The notes under the pieces are model-generated. The model had not been told where the DNA came from, ran no database searches, and saw nothing but the letters and a program-made list of their open reading frames with translations. A DNA stretch of 64,000 nt from Candidatus Latescibacterota bacterium. Lineage in GTDB: Bacteria; Latescibacterota; UBA2968. The stretch is from the NCBI GenBank assembly GCA_965204745.1, contig OZ242010.1, forward strand, positions 4,288,001 through 4,352,000, written 5' to 3'. Made by a program: the position numbers and the translations under genes. Shown here one piece after another: positions 9,448 to 19,791 of this stretch (its first letter is position 1; every line of letters starts with the position of its first letter).

Positions 9448-9795
9448 TTCCAGGCTGATTGTCCTCACACAAGCAACACGCAACGGCGTCGATAATACCG
9501 CGGAGGGTGCCGACAAGTGGTTGTCATTATCGACCTATCACACTACGGCATACGTACACATAGAGGAGGGATGAGATGCGACTTTTTTGTCCTACCGCAT
9601 AACCAGGAAAGCTTAAACCTCTTTCCCTAGCCAGCAGTTCAATCTATCGCAGTTTTATCAGCAAATTGGGGCTGGAAACCCTATGCTAATTCACAGGCGA
9701 CAGGAGATTAAGACCATGATTAAATTGGCACAACTGGCCTTGTTGGCCTTGGCAATGCTTGCGACCCTGTTTTCTGGGACTGGATTTGCTTTTGA
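9443..9795 (+). repeat. ~350-bp duplication, copy 2
   Basis: Matches 7936-8284. Confidence 0.95.
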
Positions 9796-10276
9796 TGGAA
9801 ACAGGGCGGGATTTATTCTTGGAATTGGAGGCGGTGGCGGGTATGCCCGCGATAGGGATACTTTTTTTGATGTGTCTAAGTCAAGTTTCGCCGGGAAAAC
9901 AGATTTTCTCATTGGATATGCGCCGAGCAATCGGCTGGCAATAACTTGGTCAAACAAAGTTTCCTGGTATGATTGGAAGTGGCCTGACTACGACTATGAC
10001 GGATTCTTTGCTTCCAACGGTACGGCTGGACTTGGAATTACTTACTTTCTGTCCGAAGATATAAATGCGAATTTCGTTCAGGCAGTAGTTGGATACAATG
10101 TTGTTTTCGCACCATTTGATGATGTGGGCTCTTCTGGAGGATTTGGACTCGGTATTGGCGTTGGGCGCGAAGTCTCAAAGAATTGGATCATAGGTTTAGA
10201 CGCGACTTGGGGCAGACCTGAAGAAGACGTAACGACATTTGGTATCGGTGTATATTTTTCGCATATCTGGTACTGA
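9716..10276 (+). CDS. Outer-membrane beta-barrel protein
   Basis: Signal peptide ending GFA, alternating amphipathic strands, terminal aromatic residues (YFSHIWY), lower GC. Confidence 0.8.
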   Translation: MIKLAQLALLALAMLATLFSGTGFAFDGNRAGFILGIGGGGGYARDRDTFFDVSKSSFAGKTDFLIGYAPSNRLAITWSNKVSWYDWKWPDYDYDGFFASNGTAGLGITYFLSEDINANFVQAVVGYNVVFAPFDDVGSSGGFGLGIGVGREVSKNWIIGLDATWGRPEEDVTTFGIGVYFSHIWY

Positions 10277-10485
10277 TGCGAATAAAGGGTTAAACCCGTC
10301 GCGTCCTTCTCGGTGCTTGCAGTGTGTGGATGGTCGTGCGTCCCAACCAGAGTTGTCAGATCAGCATGGGTTGTCTTGCGTTGTTGTTGTGTGGCTCAGT
10401 GTTCGGGGGGCGTGGAGATCGCGCTTTTTGAAAAGGCTTCGGGCGACGCCTATTCTAAAGTCGCCCAAACTTTCACAAGGAGCGA

Positions 10486-13400
10486 GTGATGCGTAAACTG
10501 ATTTTGTCAACGGGCTTGTGTATGACCGCGCTCACAGCGCTGGTCTTTGTGGTCTATCAAGTCGCAGCCGAACCGGATGCCCAAGGCGGCGCGGCCACAG
10601 GGGAATCTTCCCCGATTTCTGAACGGCGAGCGAAAGTTGCCGCTGGTGCCAATGCCAATGCGCGGCTGTCGCTCGATCTGATTCCCAATGGCGGCGCGGG
10701 CGATCAGAGAGATAATGAAGTCACATCGGGCACCGCGTCTGGACGAGATACGATTGCCATTGAGGTTTTTGCAACCGGCGTGACCACCTCTTTGATCGGC
10801 ATGCAACTTCAGTTTGCCTTTGATGCGACTCTGTTGACCTTTGTCAAAGCGGAGAACCGCGCGTTTGTCTTTAACGTGCCACAACCGACGGGCACGGACT
10901 TCGCGGCGTTTTCGCCGGTTCGTTTGGCGTCGTCGGGTTTTCTGGCACGGGCAGAGTTCACCACGGCGCCCGATGTTACGGGCCGGGAATTTTCCATTGG
11001 CCTTGGGTTGGTGACGCTTTCTGAAAGTTTGTCCTCGAGCGATACGCTCACCACGACAAGCCGGATCTCGTTTAACGTTCCGACGACTTCCACGCCCGAT
11101 TTTAATGGCAATGGGAAGGTGGACTTTCCCGATTTCTTGGCGTTTGTCGCGCAATATGGCGCCCGGCGCGGGGATAGCAGATACGAAGCGAAGTACGATT
11201 TGAATAGCGATGGCGCGATAGACTTTCAGGATTTTCTGACTTTTGCCAGCAGTTATGGTCAGTCAGTGCCCCCTTCTGGTGGCGGGAGTCGCAGTCCGGA
11301 TCTGGTCGTTGAAGCGCCGTCGGTCAGCAATAGCACGCTGACGCCCGGTCAATCCTTCACCCTGCAAGCCACCGTTCGCAACCGGGGCACGGGGCCATCA
11401 GCTGCGACGACCTTGCGTTATCATCAATCGTCCGACGCGACGATCACGACCAGCGATAGGTCTGTGGGCACGGACGCAGTCAGCGTGCTTTCGGCTTCGG
11501 GCACGGGTTTGGAATCGATCCCTCTGACCGCGCCTTTGACCCCGGGCACGTATTACTACGGCGCGTGTGTGGCAAGCGTCAGCAACGAGAAAGATACCAG
11601 CAACAACTGCTCGACCGGCGTGCGCGTGACGGTCGGTGGTGGCGGTGGTGGCGGTGGCGGGAGTCGCAGTCCGGATCTGATCGTTGAATCGCCGTCGGTC
11701 AGCGATAGCACGCTGACGCCTGGGCAATCCTTCACCCTGCAAGCCACCGTTCGCAACCGGGGCACGGGGCCATCAACCGCGACGACCTTGCGTTATCATC
11801 AATCGTCCGACGCGACGATCGCGACCAGCGATAGGTCTGTGGGCACGGACGCAGTCAGCGTGCTTTCGGCTTCGGGCACGGGTTTGGAATCGATCCTTCT
11901 GACCGCGCCTTTGAGTGCTGGCACGTATTACTACGGCGCGTGTGTGGCTGCGGTCAGCGGCGAGACCGATGTCAGCAACAACTGCTCGACCGGCATCCGA
12001 GTGGTCGTTGGCGCGCCAGACCTGGTTGTACAATCGCCATCGGTGGATAATACCACGCTGACGCCGGGGCAGTCGCTCACGCTAAGCGCGAAGGTTCACA
12101 ATCAAGGCATGGCTGAGGCGGCGGCGACGACCCTGCGCTATTATCGCTCAACCGACGCGACGATCACCACCGGCGACACAGAAGTCGGCACGGATAGTGT
12201 GAACCGCTTGGCGGCCCGCAACGGCCTTGATACCTCGGTTCGGCTGACCGCGCCAGCGGCCACGGGCACGTATTACTACGGCGCGTGTGTGGCTGCGGTC
12301 AGCGGTGAGAAAGATACCAGCAACAACTGCTCGACCGGCGTCCAAGTGATCGTTGGCGCGCCAGGCTTGCTCGTGCAATCGCTGACGGCGAGTAATACCA
12401 CGCCGACGCCGGGGCAGTCGATCACGCTTCGCGCGACGGTGGGTAATCGAGGCACGGCGGCGGCGACCGCGGCGACCCTGCGCTATTACCAATCGTCTGA
12501 CGCGACGATCACGACCGGCGACACAGAAGTCGGCACGGCGGATGTGATAAGCACCCTGGCGGTGGGAGCGACGAGTGTGCAGTCGAGCAGTGTGACGACG
12601 CCAGCGACCGCGGGCACGTATTACTACGGCGCGTGTGTGGTAGCGGTCAGGGGCTCGAGCGATAACTGCTCGGCCGGCGTCCGAGTGGTCGTTGGCGCGC
12701 CAGACCTGCTCGTGCAATCGCCATCGGTGGATAATACCACGCCGACGGCTGGGCAGTCGATCACGCTACGTGCGACGGTGCTCAACCGAGGCACGGCGAC
12801 GGCCGCGGCGACCACCCTGCGCTATTACCTCTCAGCCGACGCGACGATCACGACCGGCGACACAAAAGTTGGCACGGCGGATGCGATAAGCGCCTTGGCG
12901 GTGTCGGCGACGAGTGAGCAGTCGAGCAGCGTGCCCGTGTCAGCGATCCCCGGCACGTATTACTACGGCGCGTGTGTGGTTGCGGTCAGCAACGAGAAAG
13001 ATACCAGCAACAACTGCTCGGCCAGCGTCCGGGTGACCGTTGGCGCGCCAGACCTGGTCGTGCAATCGCCATCGGTGGATAAGACCACGGCGGCGACGGC
13101 GCAGTCGCTTACGCTAAGCGCGACAGTGCGTAATCAAGGCACGGGGGCGGCGACGACGACCACCCTGCGCTATTACCTTTCAGCCGACGCGACGATCACG
13201 ACCGACGACACGCCAGTCGGCACGGACGCAGTCAGCGCCCTGGCGGTGTCGGCGACGAGTGTGCAGTCGAGTAGCGTGCCCGTGGCAGCGATCCCCGGCA
13301 CGTATTACTACGGCGCGTGCGTGGATGCGGTCAGCGGCGAGAGCAACACCACCAACAACTGCTCGACCGGCGTCCGGGTGACCGTTGGTACTCCAGACCT

Positions 13401-16400
13401 GCTTGTGCAATCGGCATCGGTGGATAATACCACGCTGACGCCGGGGCAGGCGTTCACGCTTCGCGCGACGGTGCTCAACCGAGGCACGGCGGCGGCGGCG
13501 ACGACGACCCTGCGCTACTATCAATCGTCCGACGCGACGATCACGACCGGCGACACAGAAGTCGGCACGGCAGATGCGATAAGCGCCCTGGCGGTGTCGG
13601 CGACGAGTGAGCAGTCGAGTAGTGTGACCGCACCAGCGACCGCGGGCACGTATTACTACGGCGCGTGTGTGGCGAGCATCGGCGAGAGCAACACCGACAA
13701 CAACTGCTCGACCGGCGTCCAAGTGATCGTTGGCGCGCCAGGCTTGCTCGTGCAATCGGTGTCGGTGGACGATACCACGCCGACGCCGGGGCAGGCGATC
13801 ACGCTTCGCGCGACGGTGGGTAATCGAGGCACGGCGGCGGCGACAGCGGCGACCCTGCGCTACTACCAATCGTCTGACGCGACGATCACGACCGGCGACA
13901 CAGAAGTCGGCACGGCGGATGCGATAAGCGCGCTGGCGGTGTCGGCGACGAGTGAGCAGTCGAGTCGTGTGACTGCGCCTTTGACCGCGGGCACGTATTA
14001 CTACGGCGCGTGTGTGTTAGTCAGGGGCTTGAGCGATACGAACAACAACTGCTCGGCCGGTGTCCGAGTGGTCGTCGGCGCGCCAGACCTGCTCGTGCAA
14101 TCGCCTGCGGTGGATAATACCACGCCGACGACAGGGCAGGCGTTCACGCTAAGCGCGACGGTGTTCAACCGAGGCACGGCTGAGGTAGCGGCGGCGACCC
14201 TGCGCTATTACCGCTCAACCGACGCGACGATCACGACCGGCGACACAGAAGTCGGCACGTCGGATGCGATAAGCGTGCTGGCGGTGTCGGCGAAGAGTGT
14301 GCAGTCGAGTAGCGTGACTGCGCCTTCGACCACGGGCACGTATTACTACGGCGCGTGCGTGGATGCGGTCAGCGGCGAGAGCAACACCAACAACAACTGC
14401 TCGGCCGGCGTCCAAGTGACCGTTGGCGCGCCAGACCTGCTCGTGCAATCGCCTGCGGTGGATAAGACCACGGCGACGCCGGGGCAGGTGCTCACGCTCC
14501 GCGCGACGGTGCGTAATCAAGGCACGGCGACGGCGACAGCGACCACTCTGCGCTATTACCAATCGTCTGACGCGACGATCACCACCAGCGACACGCAAGT
14601 CGGCACGTCGGATGCGATCAGCGCGCTGGCGGCGTCGGCGACGAGTGAGCAGTCGAGTAGCGTGACCGCGCCAGCGGCAGTGGGCACGTATTACTTTGGC
14701 GCGTGTGTGGCAAGCGTCAGTGCCGAGAGTGCGACGAACAACAACTGCTCGGATGGCGTGCGCGTCATGGTCGTTGTTCCTGACCTGATCGTTGAATCGC
14801 CTTCGGTGGACGATACCACGCCGACGCCGGAGCAGTCGATCACGCTTCGCGCGACGGTGCGTAATCAAGGCACCGGGCAGGCCGCAACGACGACCCTTCG
14901 CTATTACCGCTCAACCAATGCGACGATCACGACCGGCGACACAGAAGTTGGCTCGGCGGATGCGATCAGCGCGCTGGCGGCGTCGGCGACGAGTGAGCAG
15001 TCGAGTAGCGTGACGGCGCCAACAACCGCGGGCACGTATTACTACGGCGCGTGTGTGGCAAGCGTCAGCGGCGAGACCGATGTCAGCAACAACTGCTCGG
15101 CCGGCGTCCAAGTGACCGTTGGTGCGCCAGACCTGCTTGTGCAATCGCCTTCGGTGGACGATACCACGCCGACGCCTGGGCAGTCGATCACGCTAAGCGC
15201 GACGGTGCGTAATCAAGGCACGGCCGAGGCCGCGGCGACGACCCTGCGCTATTACCAATCGTCTGACGCGACGATCACGACCGACGACACAGAAGTTGGC
15301 TCGTCGGATGCGATCAGCGCCCTGGCGGCGTCGGCGACGAGTGAGCAGTCGAGTAGCGTGACCGCACCAGCAACCGCGGGCATGTATTACTACGGCGCGT
15401 GTGTGGCAAGCGTCAGTGCCGAGACCGATGTCAGCAACAACTGCTCGGGCAGCGTCCAAGTGACCGTTGGCGCGCCAGACCTGGTTGTGCAATCGCCTTC
15501 GGTGGACGATACCACGCCGACGCCTGGGCAGTCGCTCACGCTAAGCGCGACGGTGCGTAATCAAGGCACGGCCGAGGCCGCGGCGACGACCCTGCGCTAT
15601 TATCAATCGTCTGACGCGACGATCACGACCGACGACACAGAAGTTGGCTCGTCGGATGCGATCAGCGCGCTGGCGGCGTCGGCGACGAGTGAGCAGTCGA
15701 GTAGCGTGACCGCACCAGCAACCGCGGGCACGTATTACTACGGCGCGTGTGTGGATGCGGTCAGCGGCGAGACCGATGTCAGCAACAACTGCTCGGCCGG
15801 CGTCCAAGTGACCGTTGGTGCGCCAGACCTGCTTGTGCAATCGCCTTCGGTGGACGATACCACGCCGACGCCTGGGCAGTCGATCACGCTAAGCGCGACG
15901 GTGCGTAATCAAGGCACGGCCGAGGCCGCGGCGACGACCCTGCGCTATTACCAATCGTCTGACGCGACGATCACGACCGACGACACAGAAGTTGGCTCGT
16001 CGGATGCGATCAGCGCCCTGGCGGCGTCGGCGACGAGTGAGCAGTCGAGTAGCGTGACCGCACCAGCAACCGCGGGCATGTATTACTACGGCGCGTGTGT
16101 GGCAAGCGTCAGTGCCGAGACCGATGTCAGCAACAACTGCTCGGGCAGCGTCCAAGTGACCGTTGGCGCGCCAGACCTGGTTGTGCAATCGCCTTCGGTG
16201 GACGATACCACGCCGACGCCTGGGCAGTCGCTCACGCTAAGCGCGACGGTGCGTAATCAAGGCACGGCCGAGGCCGCGGCGACGACCCTGCGCTATTATC
16301 AATCGTCTGACGCGACGATCACGACCGACGACACAGAAGTTGGCTCGTCGGATGCGATCAGCGCCCTGGCGGCGTCGGCGACGAGTGAGCAGTCGAGTAG

Positions 16401-18360
16401 CGTGACCGCGCCTTCAACCGCGGGCACGTATTACTACGGCGCGTGTGTGGTAGCAGTCAGCGGCGAGACCGATACGAACAACAACTGCTCGGCCGGCGTC
16501 CAAGTGACCGTTGGCGCGCCAGACCTGCTTGTGCAATCGCCTTCGGTGAATGATACCACGCCGACGCCTGGGCAGTCGATCACGCTAAGCGCGACGGTGC
16601 GTAATCAAGGCACGGCTGAAGCGGCGGCGACGACCCTGCGCTATTACCAATCGTCTGACGCGACGATCACGACCGGCGACACAGAAGTTGGCTCGTCGGA
16701 TGCGATAAGCGCGCTGGCGGCGTCGGCGACGAGTGAGCAGTCGAGTAGCGTGACCGCGCCAGCGACCGCGGGCACGTATTACTACGGCGCGTGTGTGGCA
16801 AGCGTCAGTGCCGAGACCGATGTCAGCAACAACTGCTCGGCCGGCGTCCAAGTGGTCGTTGGTGCGCCAGACCTGGTTGTGCAATTGCCTTGGGTGAGTA
16901 GTACCATACGGGCGACTGGGCAGGCGCTGACGCTAAGCGCGACGGTGCGTAATCAAGGCACGGCTGAGGCGGCGGCGACGACCCTGCGCTATTACCAATC
17001 GTCTGACGCGACGATCACCACTGGCGACACAGAAGTTGGCACGTCGGATGCGATAAGCGCACTGGCGGCTTCGGCGACGAGCGCGCAGTCAAGTAGCGTG
17101 ACCGCGCCAACGACCGCCGGCACATATTACTACGGCGCGTGTGTGGCAAGCGTCAGCGGCGAGAGTGCTACGAACAACAACTGCTCGGCTGGCGTACGCG
17201 TCACGGTCGTTGTTCCTGACCTGATCGTTGAATCGCCTTCGGTGAGTGATACCACGCGGGCGCCGGGGGAGTCGCTGACGCTAAGCGCGACGGTGCGTAA
17301 TCAAGGCACCGGGCGGGCCGCGGCGACGACCCTGCGCTATTACCAATCGTCTGACGCGACGATCACCACTGGCGACACAGAAGTTGGCTCGTCGGATGCG
17401 ATCAGAGCGCTGGCGGCGTCGGCGACGAATGCACAGTCGAGTAGCGTGACTGCTCCAGCGACCACCGGCACGTATTACTACGGCGCGTGTGTGGATGCGG
17501 TCAGCGGCGAGATCAACACCAACAACAACTGCTCGGGTGGCGTGCGCGTCACGGTGAAGCCGTCCAAGATGTACTGGGTGGGTGAGCACTGGACAAGAGG
17601 CCAATGGAGGCCTAAGATTCAGCGTGCCAACTTGGATGGCTCCAATGTCGAAGACCTCATCACCACAGGATTGAATTTGCCAAATGGCATCGCGCTGGAT
17701 GTGGGACGCGGAAAGATGTACTGGACGGTATATTGGTTCTCCCTTAACCAGGGTAAGATTCAGCGTGCCAACTTGGATGGCTCCAATGTCGAAGACCTCA
17801 TCACCGCAGGAGTGCATTCTACAGGTGGCATCGCGCTGGATGTGGGCCGCGGAAAGATGTACTGGACAAACCTGAGCGCGGGTAAGATTCAGCGTGCCAA
17901 CTTGGATGGCTCCAATGTCGAAGACCTCATCACCACAGGATTGGGGACGCCAGAAGGCATCGCGCTGGATGTGGGACGCGGAAAGATGTACTGGACGGAC
18001 TCTTACAAGCAAAAGATTCAGCGTGCCAACTTGGATGGCTCCAATGTCGAAGACCTCATCACCACAGGATTGACTGTGCCATTGGCCATCGCGCTGGATG
18101 TGGGACGCGGAAAGATGTACTGGACGGACTCTGACACGAATAAGATTCAGCGTGCCAACTTGGATGGCTCCAATGTCGAAGACCTCATCACCACAAAAGA
18201 CCCATTTTACATCGCGCTGGATGTGGGCCGCGGAAAGATGTACTGGACGGACACTGGCACGAATAAGATTCAGCGTGCCAACTTGGATGGCTCACTGATC
18301 GAAAATATCCAGCCCACAGGAACGTGGAATCCATATGGCATCGCGCTGGATTTGCGGTAG
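10486..18360 (+). CDS. Giant secreted protein: cohesin-like, dockerin/EF-hand pair, 18 CARDB-like repeats, C-terminal YWTD propeller
   Basis: Signal peptide; DFNGNGKVDFPDF/DLNSDGAIDFQDF; 18 ~116-aa units P(D/G)L..ATTLRYY.S.DATIT..YYGACV..NNCS; six YWTD blades. Confidence 0.9.
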   Translation: MMRKLILSTGLCMTALTALVFVVYQVAAEPDAQGGAATGESSPISERRAKVAAGANANARLSLDLIPNGGAGDQRDNEVTSGTASGRDTIAIEVFATGVTTSLIGMQLQFAFDATLLTFVKAENRAFVFNVPQPTGTDFAAFSPVRLASSGFLARAEFTTAPDVTGREFSIGLGLVTLSESLSSSDTLTTTSRISFNVPTTSTPDFNGNGKVDFPDFLAFVAQYGARRGDSRYEAKYDLNSDGAIDFQDFLTFASSYGQSVPPSGGGSRSPDLVVEAPSVSNSTLTPGQSFTLQATVRNRGTGPSAATTLRYHQSSDATITTSDRSVGTDAVSVLSASGTGLESIPLTAPLTPGTYYYGACVASVSNEKDTSNNCSTGVRVTVGGGGGGGGGSRSPDLIVESPSVSDSTLTPGQSFTLQATVRNRGTGPSTATTLRYHQSSDATIATSDRSVGTDAVSVLSASGTGLESILLTAPLSAGTYYYGACVAAVSGETDVSNNCSTGIRVVVGAPDLVVQSPSVDNTTLTPGQSLTLSAKVHNQGMAEAAATTLRYYRSTDATITTGDTEVGTDSVNRLAARNGLDTSVRLTAPAATGTYYYGACVAAVSGEKDTSNNCSTGVQVIVGAPGLLVQSLTASNTTPTPGQSITLRATVGNRGTAAATAATLRYYQSSDATITTGDTEVGTADVISTLAVGATSVQSSSVTTPATAGTYYYGACVVAVRGSSDNCSAGVRVVVGAPDLLVQSPSVDNTTPTAGQSITLRATVLNRGTATAAATTLRYYLSADATITTGDTKVGTADAISALAVSATSEQSSSVPVSAIPGTYYYGACVVAVSNEKDTSNNCSASVRVTVGAPDLVVQSPSVDKTTAATAQSLTLSATVRNQGTGAATTTTLRYYLSADATITTDDTPVGTDAVSALAVSATSVQSSSVPVAAIPGTYYYGACVDAVSGESNTTNNCSTGVRVTVGTPDLLVQSASVDNTTLTPGQAFTLRATVLNRGTAAAATTTLRYYQSSDATITTGDTEVGTADAISALAVSATSEQSSSVTAPATAGTYYYGACVASIGESNTDNNCSTGVQVIVGAPGLLVQSVSVDDTTPTPGQAITLRATVGNRGTAAATAATLRYYQSSDATITTGDTEVGTADAISALAVSATSEQSSRVTAPLTAGTYYYGACVLVRGLSDTNNNCSAGVRVVVGAPDLLVQSPAVDNTTPTTGQAFTLSATVFNRGTAEVAAATLRYYRSTDATITTGDTEVGTSDAISVLAVSAKSVQSSSVTAPSTTGTYYYGACVDAVSGESNTNNNCSAGVQVTVGAPDLLVQSPAVDKTTATPGQVLTLRATVRNQGTATATATTLRYYQSSDATITTSDTQVGTSDAISALAASATSEQSSSVTAPAAVGTYYFGACVASVSAESATNNNCSDGVRVMVVVPDLIVESPSVDDTTPTPEQSITLRATVRNQGTGQAATTTLRYYRSTNATITTGDTEVGSADAISALAASATSEQSSSVTAPTTAGTYYYGACVASVSGETDVSNNCSAGVQVTVGAPDLLVQSPSVDDTTPTPGQSITLSATVRNQGTAEAAATTLRYYQSSDATITTDDTEVGSSDAISALAASATSEQSSSVTAPATAGMYYYGACVASVSAETDVSNNCSGSVQVTVGAPDLVVQSPSVDDTTPTPGQSLTLSATVRNQGTAEAAATTLRYYQSSDATITTDDTEVGSSDAISALAASATSEQSSSVTAPATAGTYYYGACVDAVSGETDVSNNCSAGVQVTVGAPDLLVQSPSVDDTTPTPGQSITLSATVRNQGTAEAAATTLRYYQSSDATITTDDTEVGSSDAISALAASATSEQSSSVTAPATAGMYYYGACVASVSAETDVSNNCSGSVQVTVGAPDLVVQSPSVDDTTPTPGQSLTLSATVRNQGTAEAAATTLRYYQSSDATITTDDTEVGSSDAISALAASATSEQSSSVTAPSTAGTYYYGACVVAVSGETDTNNNCSAGVQVTVGAPDLLVQSPSVNDTTPTPGQSITLSATVRNQGTAEAAATTLRYYQSSDATITTGDTEVGSSDAISALAASATSEQSSSVTAPATAGTYYYGACVASVSAETDVSNNCSAGVQVVVGAPDLVVQLPWVSSTIRATGQALTLSATVRNQGTAEAAATTLRYYQSSDATITTGDTEVGTSDAISALAASATSAQSSSVTAPTTAGTYYYGACVASVSGESATNNNCSAGVRVTVVVPDLIVESPSVSDTTRAPGESLTLSATVRNQGTGRAAATTLRYYQSSDATITTGDTEVGSSDAIRALAASATNAQSSSVTAPATTGTYYYGACVDAVSGEINTNNNCSGGVRVTVKPSKMYWVGEHWTRGQWRPKIQRANLDGSNVEDLITTGLNLPNGIALDVGRGKMYWTVYWFSLNQGKIQRANLDGSNVEDLITAGVHSTGGIALDVGRGKMYWTNLSAGKIQRANLDGSNVEDLITTGLGTPEGIALDVGRGKMYWTDSYKQKIQRANLDGSNVEDLITTGLTVPLAIALDVGRGKMYWTDSDTNKIQRANLDGSNVEDLITTKDPFYIALDVGRGKMYWTDTGTNKIQRANLDGSLIENIQPTGTWNPYGIALDLR

Positions 18361-18391
18361 TGCCATCAACGGTGGCGGTGGCTGTTTTTAA

Positions 18392-18612
18392 GAGGACCTA
18401 TCCCCCGGCCCCGTTACTCGCTACGCTTCGTTGTAGGCTACGCCTGTGCCTACGAGGAAAGGGGAGGAAAGCGCCTTTGATGGCTTAATCAAGGGTTGCG
18501 CTGATGGCATTGACCGAGTGCATAAAGCGATTAAAAATCTCTCACGCCATCCCCTCGCAAAACCGCTCGCCATGCCCCCTTCCTTTAAGGAAGGGGGTTA
18601 GGGGGTAGGTCT
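18392..18612. repeat. REP/MITE-like element, second locus, with nested ~36-bp module
   Basis: Homologous to 3089-3276. Carries the inserted gttactcgctacgcttcgttgtaggctacgcctgtg, which is also seen near 7432 and 48562. Confidence 0.8.
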
Positions 18613-18626
18613 CCCTCGCAATCCCC

Positions 18627-18669
18627 AACCGCAGGATATAAGACGGGGCGAACGCACACGGCGGGGCGG
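18627..18669 (+). repeat. 43-bp direct repeat, left of the Rpn array
   Basis: aaccgcaggatataagacggggcgaacgcacacggcggggcgg, 2 mismatches to 22084-22126. Confidence 0.9.
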
Positions 18670-18775
18670 TAGTGCGGCGCGGCTGGGGAAAATCACTTGA
18701 CAGCGCGAGCGGGATTGCGGATTATTTATTTTGTTCCGCAAGTCGTTCAAACCATAGCACATCAGGAGGCGTCTC

Positions 18776-19765
18776 ATGGCAGAATACGATACGATTCCCA
18801 AGCAGTTGATGCACCTCTACCCGCAAGACCTCATCCGCTTGGCACTCGGACGCGAGGAGGTCGAAATTGAAGTTGAAGAAGTCCTCGACACCGAACTCCC
18901 CAAGGTGGAAACGCGCCTGGTCGATAGCCTTATTCGCGTGCGGATCGATGGCGAGGAAGCCTTGATCCACATCGAATTTCAAACCTCGGATAGCGCGAAT
19001 ATGGCTCGTCGCATGGCTTCCTATATCATTCGTCTCATCGAGCAGTATGACTTGCCGGTCTATTCCTTTGTCATCTATCTGCGTCCCAATGCCGGGCGGA
19101 GCGATAAGGGATTTTTCCGCCAAGATCATGCGGACTTCCCCGTGCTGGTGCGCTACAAGGTGATTCGGTTGAGCGAGCTGGACGGGCAGGGCATTCTTGA
19201 AGGCGACCAGGCCGGCTTGCTTCCTTTCGCGCCCTTGATGAAGCCGCCTGTGGGGATGGGTTCCGAAGATTGGTTGCGTGCGTGTGTTCGCAAGGGCGAT
19301 TCGGTTTCGTTGGATGAGGCAGACAAGGCGAATTATTTGGGTAGCTTGGCGGTCTTGAGTGGGTTGGCGTATGATCCTGCCACCATCAACCGAATTTTTT
19401 CCCAGGAGGGTTTTATGGACGCGATTATGCGTGAGTCATCGTTTGCCCAGTACCTCGAGGAGCGCGGCATTGAGCGCGGCATCGAGCAGGGAATCGAGCG
19501 CGGCATTGAGCAGGGAATCGAGCGCGGCATTGAGCAGGGAATCGAGCAGGGAATCGAGCAGGGAATCGAGCAGGGCGTTGAACGAGGCATTCGAGAGAGC
19601 ATCCGAGAAGCGTTGGCGATTCGCTTTGATGCAGGTGTGGCCGGTCAGTTCGCCGCTCGCATTGCGACCATCGACGATTTGCAACGGCTCAAGCAGTTGC
19701 TTCGCTCGGCGATGCAAGTGGATGATCTGGCGGCCTTTCAGCGCGTGTTGGATGCGGAAGCCTAA
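18776..19765 (+). CDS. Rpn/YhgA-like PD-(D/E)XK nuclease, copy 1
   Basis: VDSL...IHIEFQ...RMASY motifs, GIE(Q/R) repeats, helical C-terminal domain. Confidence 0.9.
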   Translation: MAEYDTIPKQLMHLYPQDLIRLALGREEVEIEVEEVLDTELPKVETRLVDSLIRVRIDGEEALIHIEFQTSDSANMARRMASYIIRLIEQYDLPVYSFVIYLRPNAGRSDKGFFRQDHADFPVLVRYKVIRLSELDGQGILEGDQAGLLPFAPLMKPPVGMGSEDWLRACVRKGDSVSLDEADKANYLGSLAVLSGLAYDPATINRIFSQEGFMDAIMRESSFAQYLEERGIERGIEQGIERGIEQGIERGIEQGIEQGIEQGIEQGVERGIRESIREALAIRFDAGVAGQFAARIATIDDLQRLKQLLRSAMQVDDLAAFQRVLDAEA

Positions 19766-19791
19766 CGCGATTCCCTGTCAGGAGGCGTCTC

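Noticed and set aside
8435-18360. Diversity-generating retroelement as the source of loop variation
   Set aside because: Variation includes length changes and is not adenine-specific. No reverse transcriptase or template repeat is in the window.
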